64,000 nt of DNA, from positions 7,267 through 71,266 of the forward strand of contig CAWASE010000016.1 in assembly GCA_963784675.1 (NCBI GenBank). Direction: 5' to 3'. Each line of letters starts with the position of its first letter. Within the stretch, counting starts at the first letter, position 1. The notes below the pieces were generated by a model. It ran no database searches. It was given only the letters and a program-made list of their open reading frames with translations, and was not told the origin of the DNA. This DNA comes from an uncultured Actinomycetes bacterium. Its GTDB lineage: Bacteria; Actinomycetota; Actinomycetes; Mycobacteriales; SCTD01. Shown piece after piece: positions 9,495 to 18,468 of this stretch. Made by a program: the position numbers and the translations under genes.

Positions 9495-9954
9495 GGGGCC
9501 TCCCGCTTCTGCAGATCGGACGGCGTCGCGGCGCCTCCCTCGATCGGCAGGCGAGGCGCGGGGCAGTCGACGTCCGTAGCGCGTCCAGGCTCGGCGGCCC
9601 AGGAAGGACACGTCGGTCGCCCGTCGCTCACCGCAGGTCCACCGGTTGCGCCGCAGCGACCGGACCGGTGGCGGAGTCGAACGGCTCGAGCTGAAAGGAG
9701 AGGAAGACGCCCCATCTCGCGGCAGACCTGCCGGCGGCCTGCAGCGAGCGGCAGGACGAAGGTCGCCGTCAGGACGTCCCACGGGCGTTCGACGCCGTTC
9801 TGCACCGCCTGCGGGACGGGTGAGGCGGCAGGTAGGGCACGGAAGGGGAGGTAGGGGACGACGCTGTCCGCCGGGTCGCGCCGCGACTGCTCCTGCCCCG
9901 CCGGGCAGCCGGCCAGGAGCAGGGCAGAAGCCGCGATCAGCCACTCTCGAGCAC
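9491..9954 (-). pseudogene. possible small lipoprotein gene, fragmented across frames (no intact ORF)
   Basis: A lipobox signal (WLIAASALLLAGC|PAGQEQ) in high-GC3 frame A has no ATG, GTG or TTG upstream in that frame. A GTG at 9954 would give MLE(R)WLIAASALLLAGC after a 1-nt correction. High GC3 moves to another frame in the middle (WGVFLSFQLEPFDSATGPVAAAQPVDLR). Frame A ends ...KREAP with a TGA that overlaps the GTG start of the downstream binding-protein gene (GTGA). Confidence 0.3.
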
Positions 9955-10029
9955 CGTTCGAAGGTACGCCGGCACCCGGTTGTCCACAGGCCGGCTGACG
10001 GGTGCGCCGGGCCGCGTTAGCGTGCCGGA

Positions 10030-10384
10030 CATGGAACCGGACCGGGAGCTGCCGCAGCGGGTGGAGCGGCTCGAGCAGCGAAGGGACGACGTCGAGCGGG
10101 GCGTGTCAGGCGCGCAGGAGAATGCCTCGGCCGCGCGGGTGCTGGCCACCGGCGCCGACCGGGACGGCTCAGACCTGCGGACCGAGCTGCGCGCCCACAA
10201 CCGGGTGCTGGAGGCGCTGCGGGAGACGCAGGTGGAGCAGGGCCTGGTGCTGCAGGAGCATTCCCGCATCCTCGGTGAGCACTCCCGCATCCTCGGTGAG
10301 CACGGGCAGGTGCTTGGCGGCCTGCAGGGCGGCATGGAGCTGATCATCACGCTGCTGACCGACCCGCCGGCCCCCGCGCGCTGA
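10030..10384 (+). CDS. small coiled-coil protein, unknown function
   Basis: ATG at 10030 (MEPDRELPQRVERLEQRRDDVERGV...). Heptad-like C-terminal half with a tandem repeat EHSRILG-EHSRILG-EHGQVLG. High GC3. Confidence 0.55.
10256..10318. repeat. 21-bp tandem repeat x3 (two near-identical copies and one diverged) encoding EHSRILG heptads
   Basis: gagcattcccgcatcctcggt / gagcactcccgcatcctcggt / gagcacgggcaggtgcttggc. Confidence 0.8.
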
Positions 10385-10492
10385 GCTGCGAGGTCCGAGC
10401 CACCCGACGACGTCGGGACACGAAGACGGCAGGTGCGTCGACGCCCGTGGCGAAACTCTGCAGCAACACCGCGCCCACCGATCGGAAGCACC

Positions 10493-12263
10493 ATGCATCG
10501 TCTGCTGCTCGTCCTTCTCGCCGCCTCCGGGGTGCTCGCCGCTGCCGGATCGGCGTCGGCCGCCCCCGCCTGCGTGGCCGTCGCCGCCGCGGCCGGTTCC
10601 GGCGCGGGGGTGGCCGGCTCGCGGGCGCTGCCGGCCACCGGGCCCGTCGGGCTGCTGCCGTTGCTGGCGGTCGTGCTGCTCGTGCTCGCGGTACTGCTGC
10701 GGCGTCGAACCGGCCGGACGGCGCTCGTCGTCCCGCTGCTGGTTCTCGGGATGCTGGGCGCGTCGCTCGGGGTCCGCGGCACCACGTGCGGAGGCGGCGC
10801 CGGCCTGCCCCGCGACGCCGGCCCCCGCCTCCCTCCCGTACCTGGTCGGGGCAGCCGATACCGACATCACGCCCGCCGGCCTTATCAACCAGGGCGGCTT
10901 CGGGCTCGGCGACGGCACGGTCCTGCCCGACGAGGCGGTCGGACGCGGGGGCACCGCCGGTCCCGAGGGTGAGCACATCAAGGTCCGGGCCCTGGTCGTC
11001 GACGACCGCAAGACCGCCGTCGCCATCGTCACGATCGAGACGCAGGGCTACTTCGCGGCTTACGCGAACGGGCCCTACGGAACCCGTGACATCGCCGAGC
11101 GGGTCGCGGCGCAGGTCCCTGCGCTGCCGGTGCAGCACCAGCTGATCGCCGCCGACCACACCCACTCGGGCCCGGACAGCATCGGCGCCTGGGGTGGCAT
11201 CAGCGACGCGTACTTCGCCACCATCCGGGACCAGGCCGTCCGCGCGATCGTCACGGCCTACCGGCAGCGCGTGCCGGCCGCACTGTTCGCCGGGCACTCC
11301 GACGCCGGCGACCTGATCTACAACCAGTCCTGCCCCGAGGCGCTGAACCAGTCCGAGGAGCCCACGTACAACGGGCCGGCGTTCTGCCCCACCGAGGGCA
11401 AGGACGTGCGCATGCGGGTGCTCCAGGCCCGCAACGCCGCCGGCAAGCCGCTCGTGACCTACATGGCCTACGCGGCGCACGCCACCGCCGGCGGCGGCAA
11501 GGGCGTGCACGGCGACTGGCCGCAGTTCCTGTCCGAGGCGATGGCCGCGCGCTACGGCGGCGCCGGCATCGCGATGGTCGGCACCATCGGCCGGACCCAG
11601 CCGTGCCGACCGCGCTGCAGCTTCACCGACCCGAAACAGGCCGGGTACGAGCTCAAGGACCGTCGGGCGGCCTACACGCGCATGTACCTCAACCACGTCG
11701 AGGACGCCGTCCGCACCGCCACGCCCGTCTCCGGACCGGTCGGCGCCGCGCAGGGCCTGATCCGCGAAGCCATCACCGGACCGGCCGTCCTGGCGCTGTT
11801 CGAGGGTGGCAGCCGGGCCGGCGCCGAGCTGCTGCGCAGCCGCGAGCAGCCCTACCTGTCCGGCACGGTCGTCGGCACCGTCACCTCGGCGATCCGCCTG
11901 GGCGGGGTGCTGGTCACCGGCACGCCGGGTGAGCCGTTCCCGGCGATCGCCCAGGGCATCGCCGATGCCGTCGAGGGCGAGCAGGAGCACTTCACGCTGG
12001 GGCTGGCGAACGACCAGCTCGGTTACCTGATCAGCCCGGCGGCGATCTACCCCGTCATCGCCGCCGAGGTCGCGGTCAACGACAACGCCATCTTCAACGT
12101 CTCGGCCACCATCGGTGACCACGTGATGTGCAGCGACCTCGCGCTGTCGCTGTCGCTGGGCTTCGCCGGGACGGCGCCCGCCATGTGTGCCGCCTACGCC
12201 GCGGCCGACGTCGCCGGCGAGGCCTACGGGCTGCTGCCGCTCCCCGGCGCGCCGCCGCTCTAG
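10493..12263 (+). pseudogene. neutral/alkaline-ceramidase-like secreted hydrolase with a hydrophobic N-terminal anchor; frame break near 10825
   Basis: The catalytic-domain frame (SLPYLVGAADTDITPAGLINQGGFGLGDG...IAADHTHSGPDSIGAWGG...VTGTPGEPFPAIAQGI...LANDQLGYL) is open from ~10800 but has no ATG, GTG or TTG before 11130. The only start with signal/TM segments (MHRLLLVLLAASGVLAAAGSASA..., ATG 10493, ggaag RBS) is in the adjacent frame. The frames meet at the C-run gccggcccccgcctccctccc. Confidence 0.65.
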
Positions 12264-12281
12264 CCGAGGGCCCGCGAGAGG

Positions 12282-12608
12282 TCAGCCGCGGCGGGCCAGC
12301 TCGGCGTCCAGACGGCCGAGGTCGTCGCGCAGCCGGGCCGCGTCTTCGAACCGCAGATCGGACGCGGCCGCCGCCATCGCGCGCTCGACCGCCGTGCGCT
12401 GCTGCTGCAGCTGGACGACGGTGCGGTCGGCGAGCTGCACGTCGGAGGTGCCGACGTACTGCATCCCGTCCTCGCCGAGCACGGGCTGCAGGTCCGGTGC
12501 CGCGCCGATGTGGTGGTGGCGTCCGGTCTCGTCGCGCCGGTAGCTGCGGCTGCGCTTGCGGACGAGATCGCGCGCGCTCGGTGGCGGGTCCACCGGCGGC
12601 TCGCTCAC
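12282..12608 (-). CDS. UVR (UvrB/UvrC-motif) domain protein
   Basis: The C-terminus AVERAMAAAASDLRFEDAARLRDDLGRLDAELARRG matches the UVR motif. The GTG at 12608 overlaps the TGA of the upstream EamA gene (GTGA). The rest of track ORF 12282..13112 is off-frame noise. Confidence 0.65.
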   Translation of the reverse strand: MSEPPVDPPPSARDLVRKRSRSYRRDETGRHHHIGAAPDLQPVLGEDGMQYVGTSDVQLADRTVVQLQQQRTAVERAMAAAASDLRFEDAARLRDDLGRLDAELARRG

Positions 12609-13501
12609 GCCGGGACCACAGCTGCGTCGGCGGGGGCGGGACGCAGCTGCGCGAGCACCGCCACGGCCGACAGCACGACGGCGCCGCCCAGCAGCTGCAG
12701 CGGGCTGAGCCGCTCGCCCAGCGCCAGCGCCGCCACGGCGACGCTGACGACCGGCTCCACGGTCGACACGACGGCCGTGTCCGCCGGGCCGAGCAGCGCG
12801 AGCGCCGCGAAGAAGGTCGTGACCGCGACGACGGTGCCGATCAGGGCGACCCCCAGCAGCGCGAGCCAGGCGGCGCCGGCGCGCGGCAGCTGCGGACGCG
12901 TCGCGGCCGCCAGGACGCCCGTGGTCGCGGCTGCGGAGGTGAGCACGACTGCCGACATCGCCAGCGCCGGGACGCCGGTCACCCGGCTGGACAGCAGCAC
13001 GTAGACGGCATAGACCGCGGCGGCGCCGAGCCCCATGAGCACGCCCGGTCCGCGACCACCGCCCACCGGCCCCAGGGTCAGCACCGTGCCCGCCGTCGCG
13101 ACGACGACGCACCCGACGGCGGCCGGCCGCGGCCGCTGGCGCAGGAACACCACTCCCAGCAGCACGACCAGCGAGGGGTAGGCGTAGAGCAGCAGCGAGG
13201 TGAGGCCGGCGGAGATCCGCTGGAGCGCACCGAAGAACAGCAGGGCCTGGCCCACGTAACCGACCCCTCCCAGCGCGAGCAGGGCGAGCAGCCGACCACG
13301 GCGGGGCAGCCGCTGGCGGCGCACCCGGGCCAGGGCCAGCAGCACCGCAGCGGCCAGCGCGAAGCGCACCGCCAGGACGCCGAGCAGGTCGGCGTCGTCG
13401 GCGTAGACCACCTTCGTCAGCACCGGCATGAGTCCGAAGCTCGCGGCAGACGTCAGGGCCAGCACAGTGCCGAGCAGGCGGCGGGAGGGAGCAGGTCGCA
13501 C
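12605..13501 (-). CDS. EamA/DMT-family transporter
   Basis: Ten-TM pattern with two EamA-like halves (LGTVLALTSAASFGLMPVLTKVVY..., GVLMGLGAAAVYAVYVLLSSRV...). The start is uncertain: GTG at 13501 or ATG at 13597. Confidence 0.8.
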   Translation of the reverse strand: MRPAPSRRLLGTVLALTSAASFGLMPVLTKVVYADDADLLGVLAVRFALAAAVLLALARVRRQRLPRRGRLLALLALGGVGYVGQALLFFGALQRISAGLTSLLLYAYPSLVVLLGVVFLRQRPRPAAVGCVVVATAGTVLTLGPVGGGRGPGVLMGLGAAAVYAVYVLLSSRVTGVPALAMSAVVLTSAAATTGVLAAATRPQLPRAGAAWLALLGVALIGTVVAVTTFFAALALLGPADTAVVSTVEPVVSVAVAALALGERLSPLQLLGGAVVLSAVAVLAQLRPAPADAAVVPA

Positions 13502-13572
13502 CGCGGCGACGGTAGTCGTCGATCCCGGCGTGGCGGACCGTGGGCGCCCGCGGGGAGCCCTAGCCTGCGGGG

Positions 13573-14001
13573 GTGAGCCGGGGCCGACATCGCGCACGAG
13601 CCAGGTTCTTCGCGCGCTGGCGGGATCGGCGCCGGCAGGCCGTGCTGGCTGCGCACGGCGCCGAGGCGGCCGTCGCAGCGTTGCGTCGGGCCACGCTCGC
13701 GCAGGAGACGGCCGAGGCCGCTGCCCGGCAGGTGGAGTCTCTGCAGGACGAGCTGCGACGAGGGCTGGCCGCGACGCGGACCGGGCTGGCCGACCTGCAC
13801 GGCGCGCTGACGGTCGTGCGCGCGGAGGTGACGGGACTGCGGGAAGAGCTGGTCTGGTCGTTCGCGGAGCGCCGGGTGGCCGCCGCCCGGGCGGTGCAGC
13901 AGCGCGACCGGTCCGGCGCCGCGGCGGTCGACCTCACGCCGCGGGTCATCGACCTGCGGGACCGACGGGACGTCGGGGCCGGCGAGTGGACCGCGGTCTG
14001 A
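13573..14001 (+). CDS. hypothetical coiled-coil protein
   Basis: 142-aa ORF with a GTG start after gcggggg, very high GC3 and an Ala/Arg/Glu-rich helical sequence ([50 protein letters not shown]). No family recognised. Confidence 0.5.
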   Translation: MSRGRHRARARFFARWRDRRRQAVLAAHGAEAAVAALRRATLAQETAEAAARQVESLQDELRRGLAATRTGLADLHGALTVVRAEVTGLREELVWSFAERRVAAARAVQQRDRSGAAAVDLTPRVIDLRDRRDVGAGEWTAV

Positions 14002-14013
14002 GCGACGTCCCCG

Positions 14014-14797
14014 TCAGGTGACGGCGAGCCCGGCCAGCAGGCGGTCGTGCAGCAGGCCGTTGCTGCAGACGACGCTGCCGCCGTCGGCGCCGGGGGCCCC
14101 GGACAGGTCGCTGAACCGTCCCCCCGCCTCGGTGACGATGACCTGCAGCGGAGCGAGGTCCCACAGCGAGACCTCGGGCTCGAACGCGCCGTCGACAGCA
14201 CCTTCGGCCACCAGCACGTGCGACCAGAAGTCGCCGTAGGCCCGGGTGCGCCAGACCGTGTCTGACAGCCGCAGCAGCCCCGGCAGGCGGCCCTGCTGCT
14301 GCCAGCCGCTGAGCGAGGAGTAGGCCAGCGACGCGTCCGGGAGCGCGTCGACGCTGCTGACGCGCAGCCGGCGTTCGGTGGCGAGCGCCCCGCCCGTCCA
14401 GGCGCCGAGGCCCGTCGCCGCCCACCAGCGGCGACCCAGGGCAGGGGCGCTGACGACCCCCACGCGTCGTGGTCGCGTCGACCTGCAGGGCGATGAGCGT
14501 GGCCCAGACCGGCACGCCCCGCACGAAGTTCTTCGTGCCGTCGATCGGGTCCAGGACCCAGCGGCGGGGCCCGGTGCCGCTCTCGCCGTCCTCCTCGCCG
14601 AGCACCGCGTCAGCCGGACGCTGCTGCGTCAGCAGCGTCCGCAGGGCGTGCTCGACGGCGAGGTCGGCGTCGCTGACGGGCGTCAGGTCGGGCTTGGCCG
14701 AGACCTGCAGGTCGACGGCGCCGAAGCGGTCCAGCGTGATCACGTCGGCGGTGTCGGCGAGGGCGTGCGCCAGGGCGAGGTCGGCGGCGAGGTTCAT
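14014..14797 (-). pseudogene. hisN: histidinol-phosphatase / inositol-monophosphatase family protein (HisN-like), frame break near 14465
   Basis: N-terminal part [25 protein letters not shown]...[25 protein letters not shown] (start ATG 14797). The C-terminal part [22 protein letters not shown]...[20 protein letters not shown] is in another frame (track ORF 14014..14463). The ATG overlaps the fabF TGA (ATGA). Confidence 0.8.
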
Positions 14798-15974
14798 GCC
14801 GGGCCCAGCACGAGCGAACCGTTGTGCCCGCCGAACCCGAAGCTGTTGCTCACCGTCGGCCCGGGCTCCCACGCGCGCGGCCGAAGCACGACGTCGACCA
14901 GGAGCTCCGGGTCGATCTCGGTCGTGCCCATCGTCGGCGGAGCTCGCGGTGGACGAACGACAGCAGGACGCTGGCCGCCTCCAGGGCACCTGCCGCGCCC
15001 AGGCCGTGGCCGGTGACGCCCTTGATGCTGGACACCGGCACGCCGTGCGGCCCGAAGACCGTGGTGACGGCCGAGGCCTCGGCCGCGTCGTTGAGCGGTG
15101 TCGACGTCCCGTGCGCGTTGACCGCACGCACGTCGGACGGTGACAGCTCGGCGTCGTGCAGGGCCAGCAGCATGCAGGCGGCCGCCCCCGCCCCGCCGGG
15201 GGAGGGAGCGGTGATGTGGTGCGCGTCGCACGTGCTGGCAGCGCCCAGCACCTCGCCGTAGACCCGGACCCCCCGAGCCAGGGCCGCCTCGCGCTCCTCC
15301 AGCACGAGCACCGCCGCGCCCTCGGCGATGCAGAAGCCGTCGCGGCCGGTGTCGAACGGCCGCGAGAGCCCGGTGCGCGACAGGGCCGTCATGACGGTGA
15401 AGCCGGCGATGGTGGTGGGGGTCATCGACGACTCCGCACCACCGGCAAGCACCAGGTCGCAGCGGCTGTCCGCGATCATCCGGGCGCCGGCGGCCACCGA
15501 GTGGGTGCCGGCCGCGCACGCGGTCGTCAGCGTCTCGGACGGTCCCTGCAGGCCGTGCCGGAGCGAGACCGACGCCGCGCCGGCGTTGGGCATGACCATC
15601 GGGATGGTGAACGGCGACACGCGACCGGGACCGCGGGCGGCCAGCACCGCCACCTGGGTCTCCAGGGTGCCGACACCGCCGATGCCGGTGCCGAGCTGCA
15701 CGCCCATGCGCGTGGGCGCGAGGTCGGGGAGCCCGCCGCAGTCCTCGAGCGCCATGGCGGCTGCCGCGACGGCCAGATGGGTGAACCGGTCGTGGTGACG
15801 CTGCTCCTTGCCGCTGAGCCAGTCGTCGGCGTCGAAGCCCTGCACCGACCGCTCGCGCGCGTCGGCGGGGGGCGTCTGCAGGCCCTGCCAGAACGCGTCC
15901 AGGCCGGTGCCGGCGGGCGAGACCACCCCGATGCCGGTGACGACGACCCGTCGCGGTGCGGGCACGGCCCGCAT
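14794..15974 (-). pseudogene. fabF: beta-ketoacyl-ACP synthase (KAS I/II, FabF/KasA-like), single-base frame break near 14940
   Basis: VVVTGIGVVSPAG, active-site Cys (TLTTACAAGTHSV), His residues ([19 protein letters not shown]) and [11 protein letters not shown]. Expected ...[19 protein letters not shown]...[15 protein letters not shown]. The DNA reads gagctccgccgacgatg where gagctcCcgccgacgatg would restore the frame (CCC read as CC). Confidence 0.9.
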
Positions 15975-15975
15975 C

Positions 15976-16245
15976 TCAGACCTCCTGCGGGGCAGGCGAT
16001 CCGGCGGCGAGCCGGTGCACCAGCGCGTCGACCATGCCGTAGGTCGTGAGGTCTTCCCACGCCTCCTCGGGCAGGGCGATGCCGAAGGCGTCCTCCAGCG
16101 TCATGCCCCACTCGATGGCGGCCAGCGAGTCGACGCCGAGGTCGTCGCCGAGCAGCGCCTCCGGAGTGAGCTCGGCCGGGGCGACGGACAGCTGCTCCGC
16201 GGTGAGCGCGCGCAACCGTTCGGACAGGTCGGCGGGGGGCGTCAC
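15976..16245 (-). CDS. acyl carrier protein (second, divergent ACP)
   Basis: Phosphopantetheine site LGDDLGVDSLAAIEWGMTLEDAFGIALPEE. GTG at 16245 after gggtgagggg. The stop lies 1 nt before the fabF ATG, with aggagg inside the 3' end. Confidence 0.85.
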   Translation of the reverse strand: MTPPADLSERLRALTAEQLSVAPAELTPEALLGDDLGVDSLAAIEWGMTLEDAFGIALPEEAWEDLTTYGMVDALVHRLAAGSPAPQEV

Positions 16246-16287
16246 ACCCCTCACCCTAATCAACGGCGGCTTCTACAGTCGTCGTTC

Positions 16288-17184
16288 ATGCGTACCGCGG
16301 TGATCTTTCCGGGCCAGGGCTCCCAGCGGCCGGGCATGGGAACGGCCTGGCGGGGCACCCTCGGCTGGCAGGGGGTGGCCGACGCCGGCGAGGTGCTGGG
16401 ACGCGACGTCGCCGCGCTGCTGCTGGAGGCCGACGCCGAGACGCTGCGGGCGACCCGCGAGGCGCAGCTGACCACCTACCTGGCCAGCCTGCTGGCGTGG
16501 GACGCCTGCGGGCTGCACCCGGTCGTCGTGGCAGGTCACTCTCTCGGCGAGCTCACGGCGCTGGTCGCCGCCGGGCTGCTCGACCGGGCCGACGGGCTGC
16601 GCCTGGTCGCGGCCCGCGGAAAGGCGATGCAGGACGCCGCCGACGCGCGGCCCGGCACGATGGCCGCCGTGCTCGGCCTGGACGAGGACGCCGTCGAGCA
16701 GGTGTGCGAGGGCGTCGAGGGGGCCTGGCCGGCGAACTACAACGCGCCCTCGCACGTGGTCGTGTCCGGCACGGTCTCCGGGGTCGCCGCCGCGGGCGCA
16801 GCGCTGAAGCAGGCCGGAGCCCGGCGGGTGCTGCCGCTGCCGGTGGGCGGCGCGTTCCACACCCCGCTGATGCAGCCGGCGCAGCAGGTGCTCGACACCG
16901 CGCTGGCCGCCGTCACCTTCCGCCCGGCGGCGCTGTCGGTGCTGTCGGGGACCGACCTGCGCGAGTACGAGCACCCGGAGCCGGCCGCGCAGACCCTCTC
17001 GCGTCAGCTCACCGCCCCGGTGCGGTGGCGTCAGCTGCTCGAGACGCTGCACCTCTACGGGGTGGAGCGGGTGGTCGAGCTCGGACCGGGCGGGGTGCTG
17101 GCCGGCCTGGTGAAGCGGACGCTGCCGGGCGTGCAGGTGATCTCTGCGGCCACCCCGGAGCAGGTCGCGGCGCTGGGTCGGTAG
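16288..17184 (+). CDS. fabD: malonyl-CoA:ACP transacylase FabD
   Basis: MRTAVIFPGQGSQRPGMG, active-site GHSLGE (VVAGHSLGELTALV), PVGGAFHTPLM. Only the last 298 codons of track ORF 15808..17184 are coding. Confidence 0.93.
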   Translation: MRTAVIFPGQGSQRPGMGTAWRGTLGWQGVADAGEVLGRDVAALLLEADAETLRATREAQLTTYLASLLAWDACGLHPVVVAGHSLGELTALVAAGLLDRADGLRLVAARGKAMQDAADARPGTMAAVLGLDEDAVEQVCEGVEGAWPANYNAPSHVVVSGTVSGVAAAGAALKQAGARRVLPLPVGGAFHTPLMQPAQQVLDTALAAVTFRPAALSVLSGTDLREYEHPEPAAQTLSRQLTAPVRWRQLLETLHLYGVERVVELGPGGVLAGLVKRTLPGVQVISAATPEQVAALGR

Positions 17185-17193
17185 ATTTTCGCC

Positions 17194-17445
17194 ATGGAAC
17201 GCTCTGAGGTGCTGCAGGTGCTGCGCGACAAGGCCGTCGAGATGCTCGAGGTCGAGGGCGAGGACGTCCAGGAGGACAAGAGCTTCGTCGAGGACCTCGA
17301 CGTCGACTCGCTGTCGCTGGTCGAGTTCACCATGGAGCTCGAGGACACCCTCGGCATCGAGCTGCCCGAGGAGGAGCTCACCGACGTCAAGACGATCGGC
17401 GCGTTCCTGGACGTCATCGTCGGCAAGCTCGACACCGCGGCCTGA
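17194..17445 (+). CDS. acpP: acyl carrier protein
   Basis: 83 aa, FVEDLDVDSLSLVEFTMELEDTLGIELPEEEL (DSL phosphopantetheine site). 9 nt after fabD. The stop overlaps the fabI start (TGATG). Confidence 0.92.
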   Translation: MERSEVLQVLRDKAVEMLEVEGEDVQEDKSFVEDLDVDSLSLVEFTMELEDTLGIELPEEELTDVKTIGAFLDVIVGKLDTAA

Positions 17446-18209
17446 TGCTGCTGGCGGGCCGTCGCCTGCTGGTCACCGGCGTCCTGACCGACCGCAGCAT
17501 CGCGTTCTCGGTCGCCCGGCTGGCTGCCGAGCAAGGGGCGACCGTAGTGCTGTCGTCCTTCGGTCGCCCCCTGTCGCTGACGCGTCGGGTCGCGCGTCGG
17601 CTGCCCGGCGAACCGCCCGTCATCGAGCTCGACGTCACGTCGCCGCAGGACCTGGCGGCGCTGCCCGACCGGTTGTCCGCGCACGTCGACGGCCTGGACG
17701 GGGTGCTGCACGCCGTCGGGTTCGCGCCACCGTCCGCGCTCGGCAGCGGTGTGCTGGGCACTTCGTGGGACGACGTCGGCACGGCGCTCCAGGTCTCGAC
17801 CTGGTCCTACGCCGCGCTCGCCCATGCGTGCGCGCCGCTGCTCGGTCGTGGCGCGTCCTATGTCGGGCTCACGTTCGACGCCCGGGTGGCGTGGCCCGGC
17901 TACGACTGGATGGGGGTGGCGAAAGCGGGGCTGGAGTCGGCCAACCGCTACCTGGCACGCGACCTCGGACCGCGAGGGGTGCGGGCCAACCTGGTCGCGG
18001 CCGGTCCGATCCGCACGATGGCGGCGAAGAGCGTGCCGGGGTTCGCCGGCTTCGAGCAGGTCTGGGACGACCGTGCTCCGCTGGGCTGGCAGGTCGACGA
18101 CGCCGAACCCGTCGCGCGCGCGTGCGTCGCGCTGCTGTCGGACTGGTTCCCGGCCACCACCGGCCAGATCGTCTACGTCGACGGCGGGTTCAGCGCCGTC
18201 GGTACCTGA
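17445..18209 (+). CDS. fabI: enoyl-ACP reductase, InhA/FabI type
   Basis: LLVTGVLTDRSIAFSVARLAAEQGA (SDR glycine-rich variant typical of InhA), YDWMGVAKAGLESANRYLARDLGPRGVRAN, LLSDWFPATTGQIVYVDGG. Confidence 0.9.
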   Translation: MLLAGRRLLVTGVLTDRSIAFSVARLAAEQGATVVLSSFGRPLSLTRRVARRLPGEPPVIELDVTSPQDLAALPDRLSAHVDGLDGVLHAVGFAPPSALGSGVLGTSWDDVGTALQVSTWSYAALAHACAPLLGRGASYVGLTFDARVAWPGYDWMGVAKAGLESANRYLARDLGPRGVRANLVAAGPIRTMAAKSVPGFAGFEQVWDDRAPLGWQVDDAEPVARACVALLSDWFPATTGQIVYVDGGFSAVGT

Positions 18210-18248
18210 GGTGCGGCCCGCCGGGGCGCGCGCACTAGGTTCTGGACC

Positions 18249-18464
18249 ATGACTGACTCCCCGCCGCCCACCGGCGTCAAGGCCAAGGCCAACGCCGTCG
18301 CCACGGACCTGTTCCTCAAGGCCCCGCCGGTGGTGCAGAACGGGCTGCTCAACGGCATCGGCAAGGCGCAGCCGGTCGTGGCGGTCGTCAAGCCGCGGGC
18401 GAAGCAGATCGGCGCCGGCGTGCTCGGTCTGGTGCTGGTGCGCAGGCTGCGCCGCCGGTCCTGA
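18249..18464 (+). CDS. small tail-anchored membrane protein, unknown function
   Basis: 71 aa with very high GC3, Lys encoded by AAG, and a C-terminal TM plus basic tail (IGAGVLGLVLVRRLRRRS). 39 nt downstream of fabI. Confidence 0.55.
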   Translation: MTDSPPPTGVKAKANAVATDLFLKAPPVVQNGLLNGIGKAQPVVAVVKPRAKQIGAGVLGLVLVRRLRRRS

Positions 18465-18468
18465 CGGC

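Noticed and set aside
10493-10717. A stand-alone 75-codon mini LPXTG gene (signal peptide + LPATG + TM + RRRTGR)
   Set aside because: No stop codon follows in any forward frame for ~250 nt, so it cannot be a separate gene as sequenced. A three-helix N-terminal anchor of the ceramidase-like protein is the simpler reading. It is kept as a finding, not as a feature.
10347-12122. 591-aa minus-strand ORF antisense to the ceramidase-like gene
   Set aside because: It has no family motifs, is Arg/Gly/Asp-rich, and mirrors the codon structure of the plus-strand gene, which has clear hydrolase motifs.
12128-13576. 482-aa plus-strand ORF
   Set aside because: It is antisense to the EamA transporter and the UVR gene. 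The sequence is almost entirely R/G/A/P/Q and has no TM or domain pattern.
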